Sequence record: LR588166.1
Reading direction: 5' to 3' (one strand)
Length of the DNA stretch: 64,000 bases
A program made the translations under genes and the position numbers. Of the stretch, positions 29,342 to 38,609 are shown in pieces; the stretch's first letter is position 1, and every line of letters begins with the position of its first letter. A model generated the notes under the pieces. The model had not been told where the DNA came from and made no database searches. It saw nothing but the letters and a program-made list of their open reading frames with translations.

Positions 29342-29972
29342 CTTGCGTAAGAAATGTATATACGATAGTGCTATATGTATATACAGACAAGTGGCTCTGT
29401 TCCATCATTGGATATTGGTAGTAGAAACTATCCCCATCGTGCTGTTATTGTAGTTCCGATAGTGTCGGGTTAACGTTTTAACAGTTATTTAAATTATGAT
29501 TTTGGGTGCCACAGAGATTGTACTTACTAAAAGGACTTAGTAAGAACCGCATATAATCTCGAAACTTGTGTAGGATGTTGGTCTAACCACGGCATAGAAT
29601 ATATGCCTCAACTACTACACGGAAAGGATGATGCTCTGGTTGAAACAGAGTTTCTATAAATCTTTCAGTATAGATTCCGTATGACTGAAAGTTGAAACAC
29701 CAACATCAATGGACTATAGTTTTTGTTAGTGTGGCTATAGTTTATTCCGGCATTGAAAGTATATGCAGTGATGCGAGACAGTAAGCATTAGTAGCAACTG
29801 TATATATGAGTAAGAGGATGCGTTTACAATGAGGAATTACCTATCGGTGCCCGCCTCAGGGATTGCACTTCCCAACGTACACTAAACTTCGTACCATACC
29901 GAAACATACGTTTCTGTTATTACGATTTCCTTCCCAAACGGGGAGGAAATCTTCTCCGCCCGAATATCATAA
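29342..29972 (+). ncRNA. Candidate large structured non-coding RNA (~630 nt), family unassigned
   Basis: ORF-free and more GC-rich than its flanks. More than 12 nested helices by eye, a long-range helix 29494-29506/29959-29972, and G-U wobbles that favour the + strand. Confidence 0.6.
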
Positions 29973-30013
29973 GATCAAAAACATTAATAATTAATATATA
30001 AAATTCGTTTAAT

Positions 30014-30067
30014 TAGTTATTAAGTATATGAGTTGTAGTTTACGAAAACGAATATACTTAATAACTA
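30014..30067. repeat. Perfect 16-bp inverted repeat
   Basis: TAGTTATTAAGTATAT (30014-30029) / ATATACTTAATAACTA (30052-30067). Confidence 0.9.
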
Positions 30068-30183
30068 CCAGTGAAGCTTGCTTCGCTGTTTAAAATTGCA
30101 ATTTGTATTTTCAATTTTATATTTTGAAATGTGTTTTTGAAAATCAATCTATAAAATATAATTTTAAATATTATTTTTAAATG

Positions 30184-30270
30184 TCATTTTGTGATTTTAA
30201 TTTAAAATAATATTTCATGATTTAAAATGGAAATATATTAAACAATATCATTTTGTGATTTTAATTTAAA
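30184..30270. repeat. 23-bp direct repeat in a very AT-rich zone
   Basis: TCATTTTGTGATTTTAATTTAAA at 30184 and 30248. Confidence 0.85.
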
Positions 30271-31039
30271 CAATTTCATATAAAACTATTTTGTCTATTT
30301 CTTTTATAATCTTAAAGTCATTAAAAACCCTACATTTGTAGGGTTTTTATTTGATTATATGGTATATAGTATTCGGTTTTAGACATTCAGATTATTATAA
30401 TTAATAATATCTGTATGATAACTATATTTTATAGAAATACATTTACTAATTACATTTGCCAATAAATGGTTATTTTCTTTATATTTAATACGTCTCGGGA
30501 GTATATAGCAAATATTATAAATCGAGACACATAATATTTGTGTCTATATTTTTTTTAGTTTCATTACTCTACATAATCGATTATTAATGTATACAGTTAT
30601 ATACGCTATATTGTAATAACAAACCAAATTATATAGAGAATATACATTAAACTCTGTTTTGTGTTAAATCGACACTACATATATTATTATGCATTGATAC
30701 TTGCCGTATATAAAACTAATTAGTTATTATGTGCTTTAAAAGAATTCCATTATAATTAGTTTTCTGTGTCATATTCAAATGATGAAAAACATAATTCTTT
30801 CATCTATTTTTATTAAATGTTATTCAAGATTTATAATATAATTTTATAATGTTTGCAATTTATGACACAAGCTATTTTAATAGAATTATACTATTCAAAG
30901 TTTTGACTTATTTTGTGTGTAAACGACAAAAATAGGCATATATATAAAAAGCACACCTGTTTCCTGTATGAAACAAAATAGTATTTTATTAAAAATAGTG
31001 TATAGTAGTAAAAAACATCATTAATCATGCACGCAATTT

Positions 31040-31261
31040 ATGGCAAACGTAATTAAAGAACTTCATCCTATTAAAGGATATTGCATAGTTGTGCGTCATC
31101 CAGGCGATACTAGATTTAGCTGGGTATCGCTAGATAATCAATATATTTTGGTAGACAATCCAGTATTTTTAAATGATGAATTTGACAATTGTAAAAACGA
31201 ATGGCCGGATGCTGAAATAAAAATAGTAGAAGTATATATTGTCCCGGAGAAGGTGTTATGA
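31040..31261 (+). CDS. Hypothetical protein (paralog of the next ORF)
   Basis: YCIVV...SWV...IKIVEVYIVPE. Confidence 0.7.
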   Translation: MANVIKELHPIKGYCIVVRHPGDTRFSWVSLDNQYILVDNPVFLNDEFDNCKNEWPDAEIKIVEVYIVPEKVL

Positions 31262-31476
31262 ATGCTATATCTAAAATATCTCCGTCTAAATGTTATACTG
31301 TCGTAGTTACAGATAATAATTGGAAATCATGCACATGGGTAAATTATCATGATTCTCCGGTTGTAGAATACGATATTTCTAAAATATCACCTATATTGGA
31401 ATCTTGTAAGAAAAAGTTTGGCAATAGTAATGTAAGGGTAATGGAAATATATTTAGTACCGGAAAACTTTTTATGA
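31258..31476 (+). CDS. Hypothetical protein (paralog of the previous ORF)
   Basis: YTVVV...TWV...VRVMEIYLVPE. Confidence 0.7.
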   Translation: MNAISKISPSKCYTVVVTDNNWKSCTWVNYHDSPVVEYDISKISPILESCKKKFGNSNVRVMEIYLVPENFL

Positions 31477-31682
31477 AAATTCGTTATATATTACTATTAA
31501 TATTATCAGACTTACAAACACTAGTAAAGGTACAGGCATTTTTATTTGCATTGCTTCCCTGTGTTATTTTGTTTCTTCCTGCATCGTTCTTTATTACATT
31601 AGTTATAACAATTGCCATAGTATGGATAATAAGTTTACTATCTTATTTGCTTATTAATAAACTGATACAAACGAGGAGCTAA
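31473..31682 (+). CDS. Small membrane protein
   Basis: Hydrophobic, ATGA overlap. Confidence 0.6.
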   Translation: MKIRYILLLILSDLQTLVKVQAFLFALLPCVILFLPASFFITLVITIAIVWIISLLSYLLINKLIQTRS

Positions 31683-31684
31683 AA

Positions 31685-31882
31685 ATGGCAGGTCTAAGAA
31701 AATGCATTGATGAATTCTGCAAAGGATGCATCTATGATCCCGAGTCTTCCGGTAGTTGGCGCCAACAAGTAGAAAATTGTAGTGCTAAATCATGCGAACT
31801 ATGGGAAGTTCGCCCTGTTTCGGTAGGAACTAAACAAGAAAGAATTATTGCAAAACAAAAAAGTTCACAAGAACTTGCGTAA
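31685..31882 (+). CDS. Small Cys-rich protein
   Basis: GAGGAG RBS, CxxxCxxC...CxxxxC. Confidence 0.75.
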   Translation: MAGLRKCIDEFCKGCIYDPESSGSWRQQVENCSAKSCELWEVRPVSVGTKQERIIAKQKSSQELA

Positions 31883-31918
31883 GACAGCTAACCAACCTAA
31901 CTCTAGGTTAACCCTAGG

Positions 31919-31947
31919 TTGACTCATTTGTTGGATAGCACTATACT
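31919..31947 (+). promoter_or_regulatory. Sigma70-type promoter
   Basis: TTGACT-17 nt-TATACT. Confidence 0.7.
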
Positions 31948-31985
31948 TGTAGCATGTTTAAAAAACATAGCTAGGAGTAGCATTT

Positions 31986-33140
31986 ATGAGTCAGATGTAC
32001 GTAACTATCACTAATGGAATGTACCGTAACCAGCAAGTAAACGGCACATTCCTTTTACTCGAAGATGTGAAAGTTACTGGGTCGGGAAAACGAGTTATTA
32101 ACGTATTAGGTGCATTGCCGGAATGGTCTCAACATAAATGTAGAGTTACACTCGGTAATGACGCAACAGTACAGTATTCGAACGAACAAGGAGAGGTTTT
32201 AGATTTGCCTAATGTTATACGTCCTTTTGTGGGCGAAAATAATAATAATGTTCCTGCATCTAGTCGCGGTACAGTGTATGAAGGCACCGCAGTAGAAATT
32301 GACTACGAAAAACAATACCAGCAACTAGAATCCGAAAACGATGCAATGAATCGTATCAAACGGACTTTTGAGATTGTAAATGAACTAACAGAGGCTGCCG
32401 CGGCAGGCGAAATCCGTTCTATGATCATCTCCGGTCCTCCCGGAATCGGAAAAAGCTTCGGCGTAGAAGAAACACTAAACAGGTGTTTCTTGTTGGATAA
32501 AATTAAAGATAATAAAGAACCGTTTGAGATCGTAAAGGGCGCTGCAAGTGCAATTGGTGTTTACCAAAAGCTTTACGAATTTAAAGATAAAGGTAAAATC
32601 CTTATTTTCGATGATTGCGACCGCGTACTATTTGACGAAGATAGTCTAAATCTCCTTAAAGGTGCATTAGATACTACTAAGCGTAGAACTATTTACTGGC
32701 TTAGTGAGTCCCGCGTTTTAAAAGAAAATGATATTCCACCTAAATTCGATTTCGAAGGTAGTGTAATTTTCCTTACTAACCTTAACTTCGAGGATACAAA
32801 GTCCCGAATCGGAAGGCACCTAGAAGCAATTATGTCCCGGTGTCATTATTTAGACATGGAAATTAGTAGTACGAGAGATCAGATCCTTCGTATTAAACAA
32901 GTTGTGCGCGACGGGATGCTTAGTAAATATGAATTTAATAACGGAGAAGATGAAGAAATCCTAGAATATATTATCGATAATCAGAATGATCTGCGAGAAC
33001 TTAGCTTGCGTATGGTAATTAAAATTGCCGATCTGATTAAATTCAAAAAAGATGGTTGGCGAGAATATGCAGAGACAACTGTACTGAAACGGAATGCAAA
33101 ATTCCGGCGGCTGTATAACGAAAAGTACAGTGATATTTAA
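31986..33140 (+). CDS. P-loop (AAA-like) ATPase
   Basis: ISGPPGIGKS and ILIFDDCD. Confidence 0.88.
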   Translation: MSQMYVTITNGMYRNQQVNGTFLLLEDVKVTGSGKRVINVLGALPEWSQHKCRVTLGNDATVQYSNEQGEVLDLPNVIRPFVGENNNNVPASSRGTVYEGTAVEIDYEKQYQQLESENDAMNRIKRTFEIVNELTEAAAAGEIRSMIISGPPGIGKSFGVEETLNRCFLLDKIKDNKEPFEIVKGAASAIGVYQKLYEFKDKGKILIFDDCDRVLFDEDSLNLLKGALDTTKRRTIYWLSESRVLKENDIPPKFDFEGSVIFLTNLNFEDTKSRIGRHLEAIMSRCHYLDMEISSTRDQILRIKQVVRDGMLSKYEFNNGEDEEILEYIIDNQNDLRELSLRMVIKIADLIKFKKDGWREYAETTVLKRNAKFRRLYNEKYSDI

Positions 33141-33183
33141 TACACAATAAAGTAGCAAGGATGCTACTTTCCGGAGATACGGT

Positions 33184-33741
33184 ATGAATCATTGTGTTAG
33201 GTTTGCTTTTTTAGATAGAAATATAAAAAGTTCTATAACAACGTTTATAGTTATACCTTTAATTCTTACTTCTGTAATATATTTCCTTTTTTCAGAACAA
33301 AATGTGTGGCCAGCGTGTTTTTATTTTGTCACTATGCTTATAATTTTGTTTATTGCAGAACTAGCAGCGTGTTCATCTGGAAATTTTTTTAATTGTGCTT
33401 TAAGTATATTCTCTATTTTTAGAAATATTGGTCACTTTGATACAACTTGGAAAATAACAAATGATGGTTTTATTTATTCTTTAAAAGATAACGAAACTAT
33501 ACACATCTTTGTAAATAAAAACGGTGTATATTTACATAATAATGGAAAATTTATTTATGTAGATAATGTTAAAAATACTAAAATAGATTTATCTAAACTG
33601 TCTCACCCGGTATTTATATTAATAACATTTTACCTAAAACATAAACTCAAAGAAGATATGATACTGGCAGATTTATACGGATCAGTAAGTTCTAGTGTAT
33701 TCATGAATGATGAAGATTTTCAAAAATTATACAGACGCTAA
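33184..33741 (+). CDS. Membrane hypothetical protein
   Basis: Two TM segments. Confidence 0.6.
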   Translation: MNHCVRFAFLDRNIKSSITTFIVIPLILTSVIYFLFSEQNVWPACFYFVTMLIILFIAELAACSSGNFFNCALSIFSIFRNIGHFDTTWKITNDGFIYSLKDNETIHIFVNKNGVYLHNNGKFIYVDNVKNTKIDLSKLSHPVFILITFYLKHKLKEDMILADLYGSVSSSVFMNDEDFQKLYRR

Positions 33742-34117
33742 AAAATATCTAAATACGTTTGTTTCTTGTAAACCAGAACAAACAGATATGCATAGTGTAT
33801 TAAATGGATATCAAAATTATTGTATATTCTCGTGTTTAATAGATTCTGCACAAAATTTAATAACAACTAAATTTTCTGATACTAATACTAATTCATACGA
33901 ATGGATTATTTCATACAAAGAAAATAATAAAAATATAACATATTCTGTTGAAAACAAACCAGACATCCTAAAGAATAACGGGTTGTCTGTTGCCTTTATT
34001 GTATGTAGGGCAAAAATAGTGTATACTAATAAATTAACAGAATTTGGTAAAACTAAATTAAAAGAAAAAAGAAATATTCTGTTAATAGACAGAGATAAAG
34101 AAAAACTAAAAATATAA
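33707..34117 (+). CDS. Hypothetical protein
   Basis: Colinear ORF. Confidence 0.55.
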   Translation: MMKIFKNYTDAKKYLNTFVSCKPEQTDMHSVLNGYQNYCIFSCLIDSAQNLITTKFSDTNTNSYEWIISYKENNKNITYSVENKPDILKNNGLSVAFIVCRAKIVYTNKLTEFGKTKLKEKRNILLIDRDKEKLKI

Positions 34118-34119
34118 CC

Positions 34120-34986
34120 ATGAATAGTATAATTATAAAAACAAAAAAAGATCTTTTATACGAAACAACACTGTCGAATTTAGGATTTATAACAACTACT
34201 ATACAAGTAGGTGATATAGTAGAGTTCGATAAAATAGAAGAAGAACTTAATTCTAAAGATTTCTTTACTGCTTTTGTACGTACATCTACTCATTTTCAAT
34301 ACGAAATAGCAAAACTTTGTGCTTCGAGATGTAAAATTGTTTTCATAGACATAAATGGTTTTAGATCGGCACAAGAATGGGAAGATATTAAAAAAGAATT
34401 TCCGTATACTAGATTTATTTTATTAAAAAATAATATGTGGAATTCTAATATTTCTGATTTTAAAAAATTAATGCCAGACACAAAGGCAATTAATATAAAA
34501 TGTCTTAATAAAAACAAATTAAATTCTTTAGATTACTGGAACACAATTAAGGGTTTTTCGTTCGGCGGAACAAGCAGAGATATATTGCCTCATTTACTAA
34601 GTATATTTGTTTTATTAAATGATGATTTTGCAGAATCTGTAGCAACAGAGACAATATTAAAACGTAATTTGTCATTATCAGATATAAAAAAATATATACC
34701 GGGTCCTGGTTTAATTTATGATGTAGACGATTATTTTAATGTGTCGTATCAATCTAAAATAATATGTAATTTAGAAGCTGACTGGAAAAGTAATAAAACT
34801 GATGTAAAAAATATAGAATTCATTTTAAATGACGATACTAGTAGTTTATTCGATATAGATTATAATGAAGAATCATCATACTCTCGGATGATATCTAACT
34901 GTGTACAAAATTTAAGTAACGAAGGATTTTGGAGTTATCATTATTTAATAGATGAATGGATACTTAAACAAATAGAGAATTTATAA
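34120..34986 (+). CDS. Divergent oxidoreductase-like protein (Gfo/Idh/MocA-like)
   Basis: FGGTSRDILPHLLS and LEADWK. No intact GxGxxG. Confidence 0.45.
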   Translation: MNSIIIKTKKDLLYETTLSNLGFITTTIQVGDIVEFDKIEEELNSKDFFTAFVRTSTHFQYEIAKLCASRCKIVFIDINGFRSAQEWEDIKKEFPYTRFILLKNNMWNSNISDFKKLMPDTKAINIKCLNKNKLNSLDYWNTIKGFSFGGTSRDILPHLLSIFVLLNDDFAESVATETILKRNLSLSDIKKYIPGPGLIYDVDDYFNVSYQSKIICNLEADWKSNKTDVKNIEFILNDDTSSLFDIDYNEESSYSRMISNCVQNLSNEGFWSYHYLIDEWILKQIENL

Positions 34987-35888
34987 TGAAGGTCCGTTAT
35001 TTTCATCCCATAAACAATGTATTCGAAGAAACAGTATGGGATAAGCCCGATATAAAAAATACAGAAATTGAAGTTAAAACAAAATATGTAGGTGTTTCCA
35101 ATAATGATTTAAATGTAATTTATAACCAAACACCTTATGCTAGTAACAAATATGGTTGTGAAAGTGTAGGTATAGTAACAAAAGTTGGATCTAAAATTAC
35201 TGACGTAAAAGTGGGAGATTTTGTAGCCACAACTACGAATCATTTATATTCAGATTTTTATAATTGTAAAACAGAAGAATATGTAAAAATCCCTAAATGT
35301 TCTCCTAGATATATTTTAGAACCAATTGCTCGATCATTAAATTTAATAACACAAAATTGGAACAAATTCGTAGAGTTAAATAGAAACGAAGGTAAAATAC
35401 TTATTCTAGGATCTGGTTTTGTTGCATCTGTACTGTATACTGTCTTAACAAAAGAACACGATGTTGATCCTAATAGAATATATGTTGTTGGATCTCATAA
35501 TAAATCTATCTTTAATAAATCGTTGTATAATACTCTACCGATTCACTTGTATGACATAGTGTTTGATCTGCAGGGTTTAAACACACCCTTAACAAATAAT
35601 ATATTGAATACGAATTCCTTATTAATAATAGGTGCCGCAGGTAAACCAACTTTAATAGATTTAAATCTATTAGCACATAAATCTGTTACAATAAATTTCC
35701 CTAGTCCCGATAATAATAAATTTTACGAATCATTAAATGATGCATGTAGAATAGTAGAAACTAAAATCTTTGATCCTAATAAATTTTGGACTAAGGGATA
35801 TAAAAGAGACACTGAATGGAAAAGTGCATTCAGTATAGGGATTAATCGCCCGAAACATTATAATTATGGTTATATTATTTGGAACTAA
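34986..35888 (+). CDS. Divergent Zn-dependent alcohol dehydrogenase (MDR)-like protein
   Basis: GCESVGIVTKVGSKITDVKVGDFVA, LEPIA, ILILGSGF. Confidence 0.7.
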   Translation: MKVRYFHPINNVFEETVWDKPDIKNTEIEVKTKYVGVSNNDLNVIYNQTPYASNKYGCESVGIVTKVGSKITDVKVGDFVATTTNHLYSDFYNCKTEEYVKIPKCSPRYILEPIARSLNLITQNWNKFVELNRNEGKILILGSGFVASVLYTVLTKEHDVDPNRIYVVGSHNKSIFNKSLYNTLPIHLYDIVFDLQGLNTPLTNNILNTNSLLIIGAAGKPTLIDLNLLAHKSVTINFPSPDNNKFYESLNDACRIVETKIFDPNKFWTKGYKRDTEWKSAFSIGINRPKHYNYGYIIWN

Positions 35889-35890
35889 CA

Positions 35891-36403
35891 ATGGATAGAA
35901 AAGAAGTAATTTATTTTATAGGAACAGAAGTCGAACATACTCCAGTATACGGTGAAAAAACACTTTTTGTTGCTGGTCCCCAAGATGGTGACGAAGTAGT
36001 AAGCAATGCACTGAAACATAACTGTAAACATATATATTTCGGTGCTAACCAAAGTTTCCCTCTACACAAAATAGATATAACAGAAGTAATTAAATGGAAA
36101 CAAATGATACTGCATTGTTTAAATAAAGGATTTTGGTGTACTTTAGATTTCGATATATGCAATTCTTCTGCAATTTTAGAAATGGATTTATCTAAGTATG
36201 ATAAATTTATTCCTATTATAAGTGCAAAAATACCAAATATATCCGAATACAATAAAAACACTATATTAAAGATAGATGATATAGGTTTTGATGAAACTAA
36301 CGAAGGCGTATGGTGTCATAAGTTAAACGATTTAAAAGATAATACCGTACATACTAGCTGGGACAAATATACAGGAGATATTTCAATTGACGAAAAAAAT
36401 TAA
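35891..36403 (+). CDS. Hypothetical protein
   Basis: Coupled to the dehydrogenase-like pair. Confidence 0.75.
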   Translation: MDRKEVIYFIGTEVEHTPVYGEKTLFVAGPQDGDEVVSNALKHNCKHIYFGANQSFPLHKIDITEVIKWKQMILHCLNKGFWCTLDFDICNSSAILEMDLSKYDKFIPIISAKIPNISEYNKNTILKIDDIGFDETNEGVWCHKLNDLKDNTVHTSWDKYTGDISIDEKN

Positions 36404-36692
36404 TTATAGCAAAGTATATGAACCGAAAGGCGCACTATATAGAATTCGTCGCATTTCTGACGGTGCATTTAGCACAGGGTCTTCCAGTCCGGCGTTTGTA
36501 ACTTCTGGTCCGGGAAAAGTATTCAATACTTTAGGTAAACTTAGATCTCATCTTACTACTATTCGTAATAACCCGGTTTTACAAGACATATACAACGAAT
36601 GTGAAATTGTTCAGTATGTAGAAGCTGACCAGCCAACATACACTCTAGCTGAACACACAGAATTACTTATACTTAAAAAGTTAACACAATAA
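36387..36692 (+). CDS. Hypothetical protein
   Basis: TTG start, overlapping the upstream gene. Confidence 0.6.
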   Translation: MTKKINYSKVYEPKGALYRIRRISDGAFSTGSSSPAFVTSGPGKVFNTLGKLRSHLTTIRNNPVLQDIYNECEIVQYVEADQPTYTLAEHTELLILKKLTQ

Positions 36693-36796
36693 CGCGCTTT
36701 ACTGCGCGTTAATTTGCGCGTATGCTGCAAAAACATGTAACACTAGAGCTTATATACGCTTATGCTTAAAAAGCTGTATAACGCAATTTATGCGTT
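36661..36796. promoter_or_regulatory. GA/TC/GG/CC-depleted tract with hairpin
   Basis: Single GA (36746) in 136 bp. AACGCGC/GCGCGTT hairpin at 36691-36710. Confidence 0.7.
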
Positions 36797-37232
36797 CCTT
36801 AACGAAGTTGCTTATATAAAATATATAAGATTCTATGTCTTCTTTAAATGTGTTCATAAACATCATCTATCGGAAATACTTCTGTTAAGTAATTTAGCAG
36901 GTACAACTATAGGAGCATATAGATTTGAACGTCTCTTAAGCATGGATTATTGCACTATATCGATTGACATGCCACTCGACGAGGATTATTTTATTGCCTG
37001 TAATACAAAAGGAATTATTTCTGTAGCAAAATGTAATCTCATATCAATGAATTTTTATGATTTTTGTACACAATTATCAAACTATTACTTTTTTAAATAC
37101 GACAATACACTGAATGGTTCGTTTTTTGTGTATCCATCCAAAAATTATTTAGTACATCCAGAAGTAATATCTTATATAAAGAAATATAATAATGAGAGTT
37201 TATATAAAAGAACAACGTATTTGCCGGGGTAA
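36762..37232 (+). CDS. Hypothetical protein
   Basis: ORF, start uncertain because it lies in the biased tract. Confidence 0.45.
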   Translation: MLKKLYNAIYAFLNEVAYIKYIRFYVFFKCVHKHHLSEILLLSNLAGTTIGAYRFERLLSMDYCTISIDMPLDEDYFIACNTKGIISVAKCNLISMNFYDFCTQLSNYYFFKYDNTLNGSFFVYPSKNYLVHPEVISYIKKYNNESLYKRTTYLPG

Positions 37233-37431
37233 TGCCGAAATATATGATATTGTTATCAGACAGGAAGGTTATTTAGAATTTCTAGAAGAAACAGAAACAG
37301 AATACACAGGATTTCTAAATGTTGTTAACATATACAAATGCTCTGATGGGTATCAAAAACGAATTCATACAACAAAACAGAAGTTTTCTTTTCCGAAAGA
37401 TTCTGACGAAATACTTATAATAGAATTATAG
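37192..37431 (+). CDS. Hypothetical protein
   Basis: Colinear ORF. Confidence 0.55.
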   Translation: MRVYIKEQRICRGNAEIYDIVIRQEGYLEFLEETETEYTGFLNVVNIYKCSDGYQKRIHTTKQKFSFPKDSDEILIIEL

Positions 37432-37441
37432 GAATTTCTGC

Positions 37442-38008
37442 ATGACTACAACTGAGGCAACTCTACTTAGTCTCGCTATCGCTGTAAGTTGTATGGTAGC
37501 AGACATAATGTATTCTAAAGAATTTGAATACATTTCTAACCTTAAACTAAAAGAAGAAAAACTAAAAGAAGAATTTGCTATAAATGATGAAGATAAAATA
37601 AAATCATATATAGCGCTGTGTAAAAGAAGAAAGAATTGCAGGGCAGTAGCAGAAGCAATATATTATGAAGCGCGTAGTGAATCTAGGATCGGAATGCAAG
37701 GTGTAGCATTTACGATATTAAATAGAGCCATGAATCCTACTAGATGGCCCAACACTCCGTACAGCGTAGTTTACTATAAATGCCAATTTAGTTATACCTG
37801 CGACGGCAGTAGAAAACAAGGTTTTAAAGAAAAAGATAAATGGGATTTAGCTAATATAGTAGCATATAGGGCTATAAATAGACTATCTAGTGACCCAACC
37901 AACGGCGCCGATCATTATTATGCACCGCACAGAGTAAGTAAACCGTATTGGGCAAAGAAAATGAGAAAAACTGCCAAGTTAGGTAATCATGTGTTTTATA
38001 AATCGTAA
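37442..38008 (+). CDS. SleB-like cell wall hydrolase (Hydrolase_2)
   Basis: AIYYEARSE, GVAFTILNR, WPNT, QFS, DPTNGADHYY, LGNHVFY. Confidence 0.9.
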   Translation: MTTTEATLLSLAIAVSCMVADIMYSKEFEYISNLKLKEEKLKEEFAINDEDKIKSYIALCKRRKNCRAVAEAIYYEARSESRIGMQGVAFTILNRAMNPTRWPNTPYSVVYYKCQFSYTCDGSRKQGFKEKDKWDLANIVAYRAINRLSSDPTNGADHYYAPHRVSKPYWAKKMRKTAKLGNHVFYKS

Positions 38009-38252
38009 TGAGGATTATACCATGGTATGTAAAACAATAACAAAAGAAATGTTTGAAATGCAATATAATATAAGAAACTATTCTACCATTGCTCATATAT
38101 ATATTAGCACAAGAGCAAATATAATAGAAATATATTATAAAACCCCGTTTAACCAGGGCATAGTATTGCAAAATTATTACGTTAACGAAGAATGCGACCA
38201 ATATATACAGTCTTGTAGATTATATAGGGAATATGAAAAAAATAGAATATAA
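37989..38252 (+). CDS. Hypothetical protein
   Basis: GAGGA RBS suggests an internal ATG near 38022. Confidence 0.55.
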   Translation: MCFINRNEDYTMVCKTITKEMFEMQYNIRNYSTIAHIYISTRANIIEIYYKTPFNQGIVLQNYYVNEECDQYIQSCRLYREYEKNRI

Positions 38253-38535
38253 AATAAATCTTTTAATTGAAGAAATAAAAGAGTTTAAAAGAACAAAAAA
38301 GGAACTCAATGAAGACCTAATGCAACATTATACAAAGTTCTATTCAGAACAAGTTAAAGATGTTTATTTTAGATCTTTAAATTTTAGACGAAATTCTGTA
38401 AAACAACTTATTAAACAATTGCATACCGTATGCAAACAAGCTAAAATAAAATTACTTTATATTAAAGCTAAGTCTTCAACTAAACAGCAGCAGAGGCAAA
38501 AATGTAATAAAGTAAACGTAACTAGACGAACATAA
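38233..38535 (+). CDS. Hypothetical coiled-coil protein
   Basis: Colinear ORF. Confidence 0.55.
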   Translation: MKKIEYKINLLIEEIKEFKRTKKELNEDLMQHYTKFYSEQVKDVYFRSLNFRRNSVKQLIKQLHTVCKQAKIKLLYIKAKSSTKQQQRQKCNKVNVTRRT

Positions 38536-38551
38536 TATTTTGCGCTATACT
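38523..38551 (+). promoter_or_regulatory. Sigma70-type promoter
   Basis: TAGACG-17 nt-TATACT. Confidence 0.6.
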
Positions 38552-38609
38552 GTATATCAAGCTAAGAAGCTTAACAAACAACATTAATACAACCGAGAGG
38601 TAATTTGCA

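Noticed and set aside
29342-29972. tmRNA or RNase P RNA identity for the structured element
   Set aside because: No tRNA-like acceptor/T-arm ending in CCA, no evident tag reading frame, and no GGAAAGUC/P4 signature. It is kept as an unassigned ncRNA candidate.
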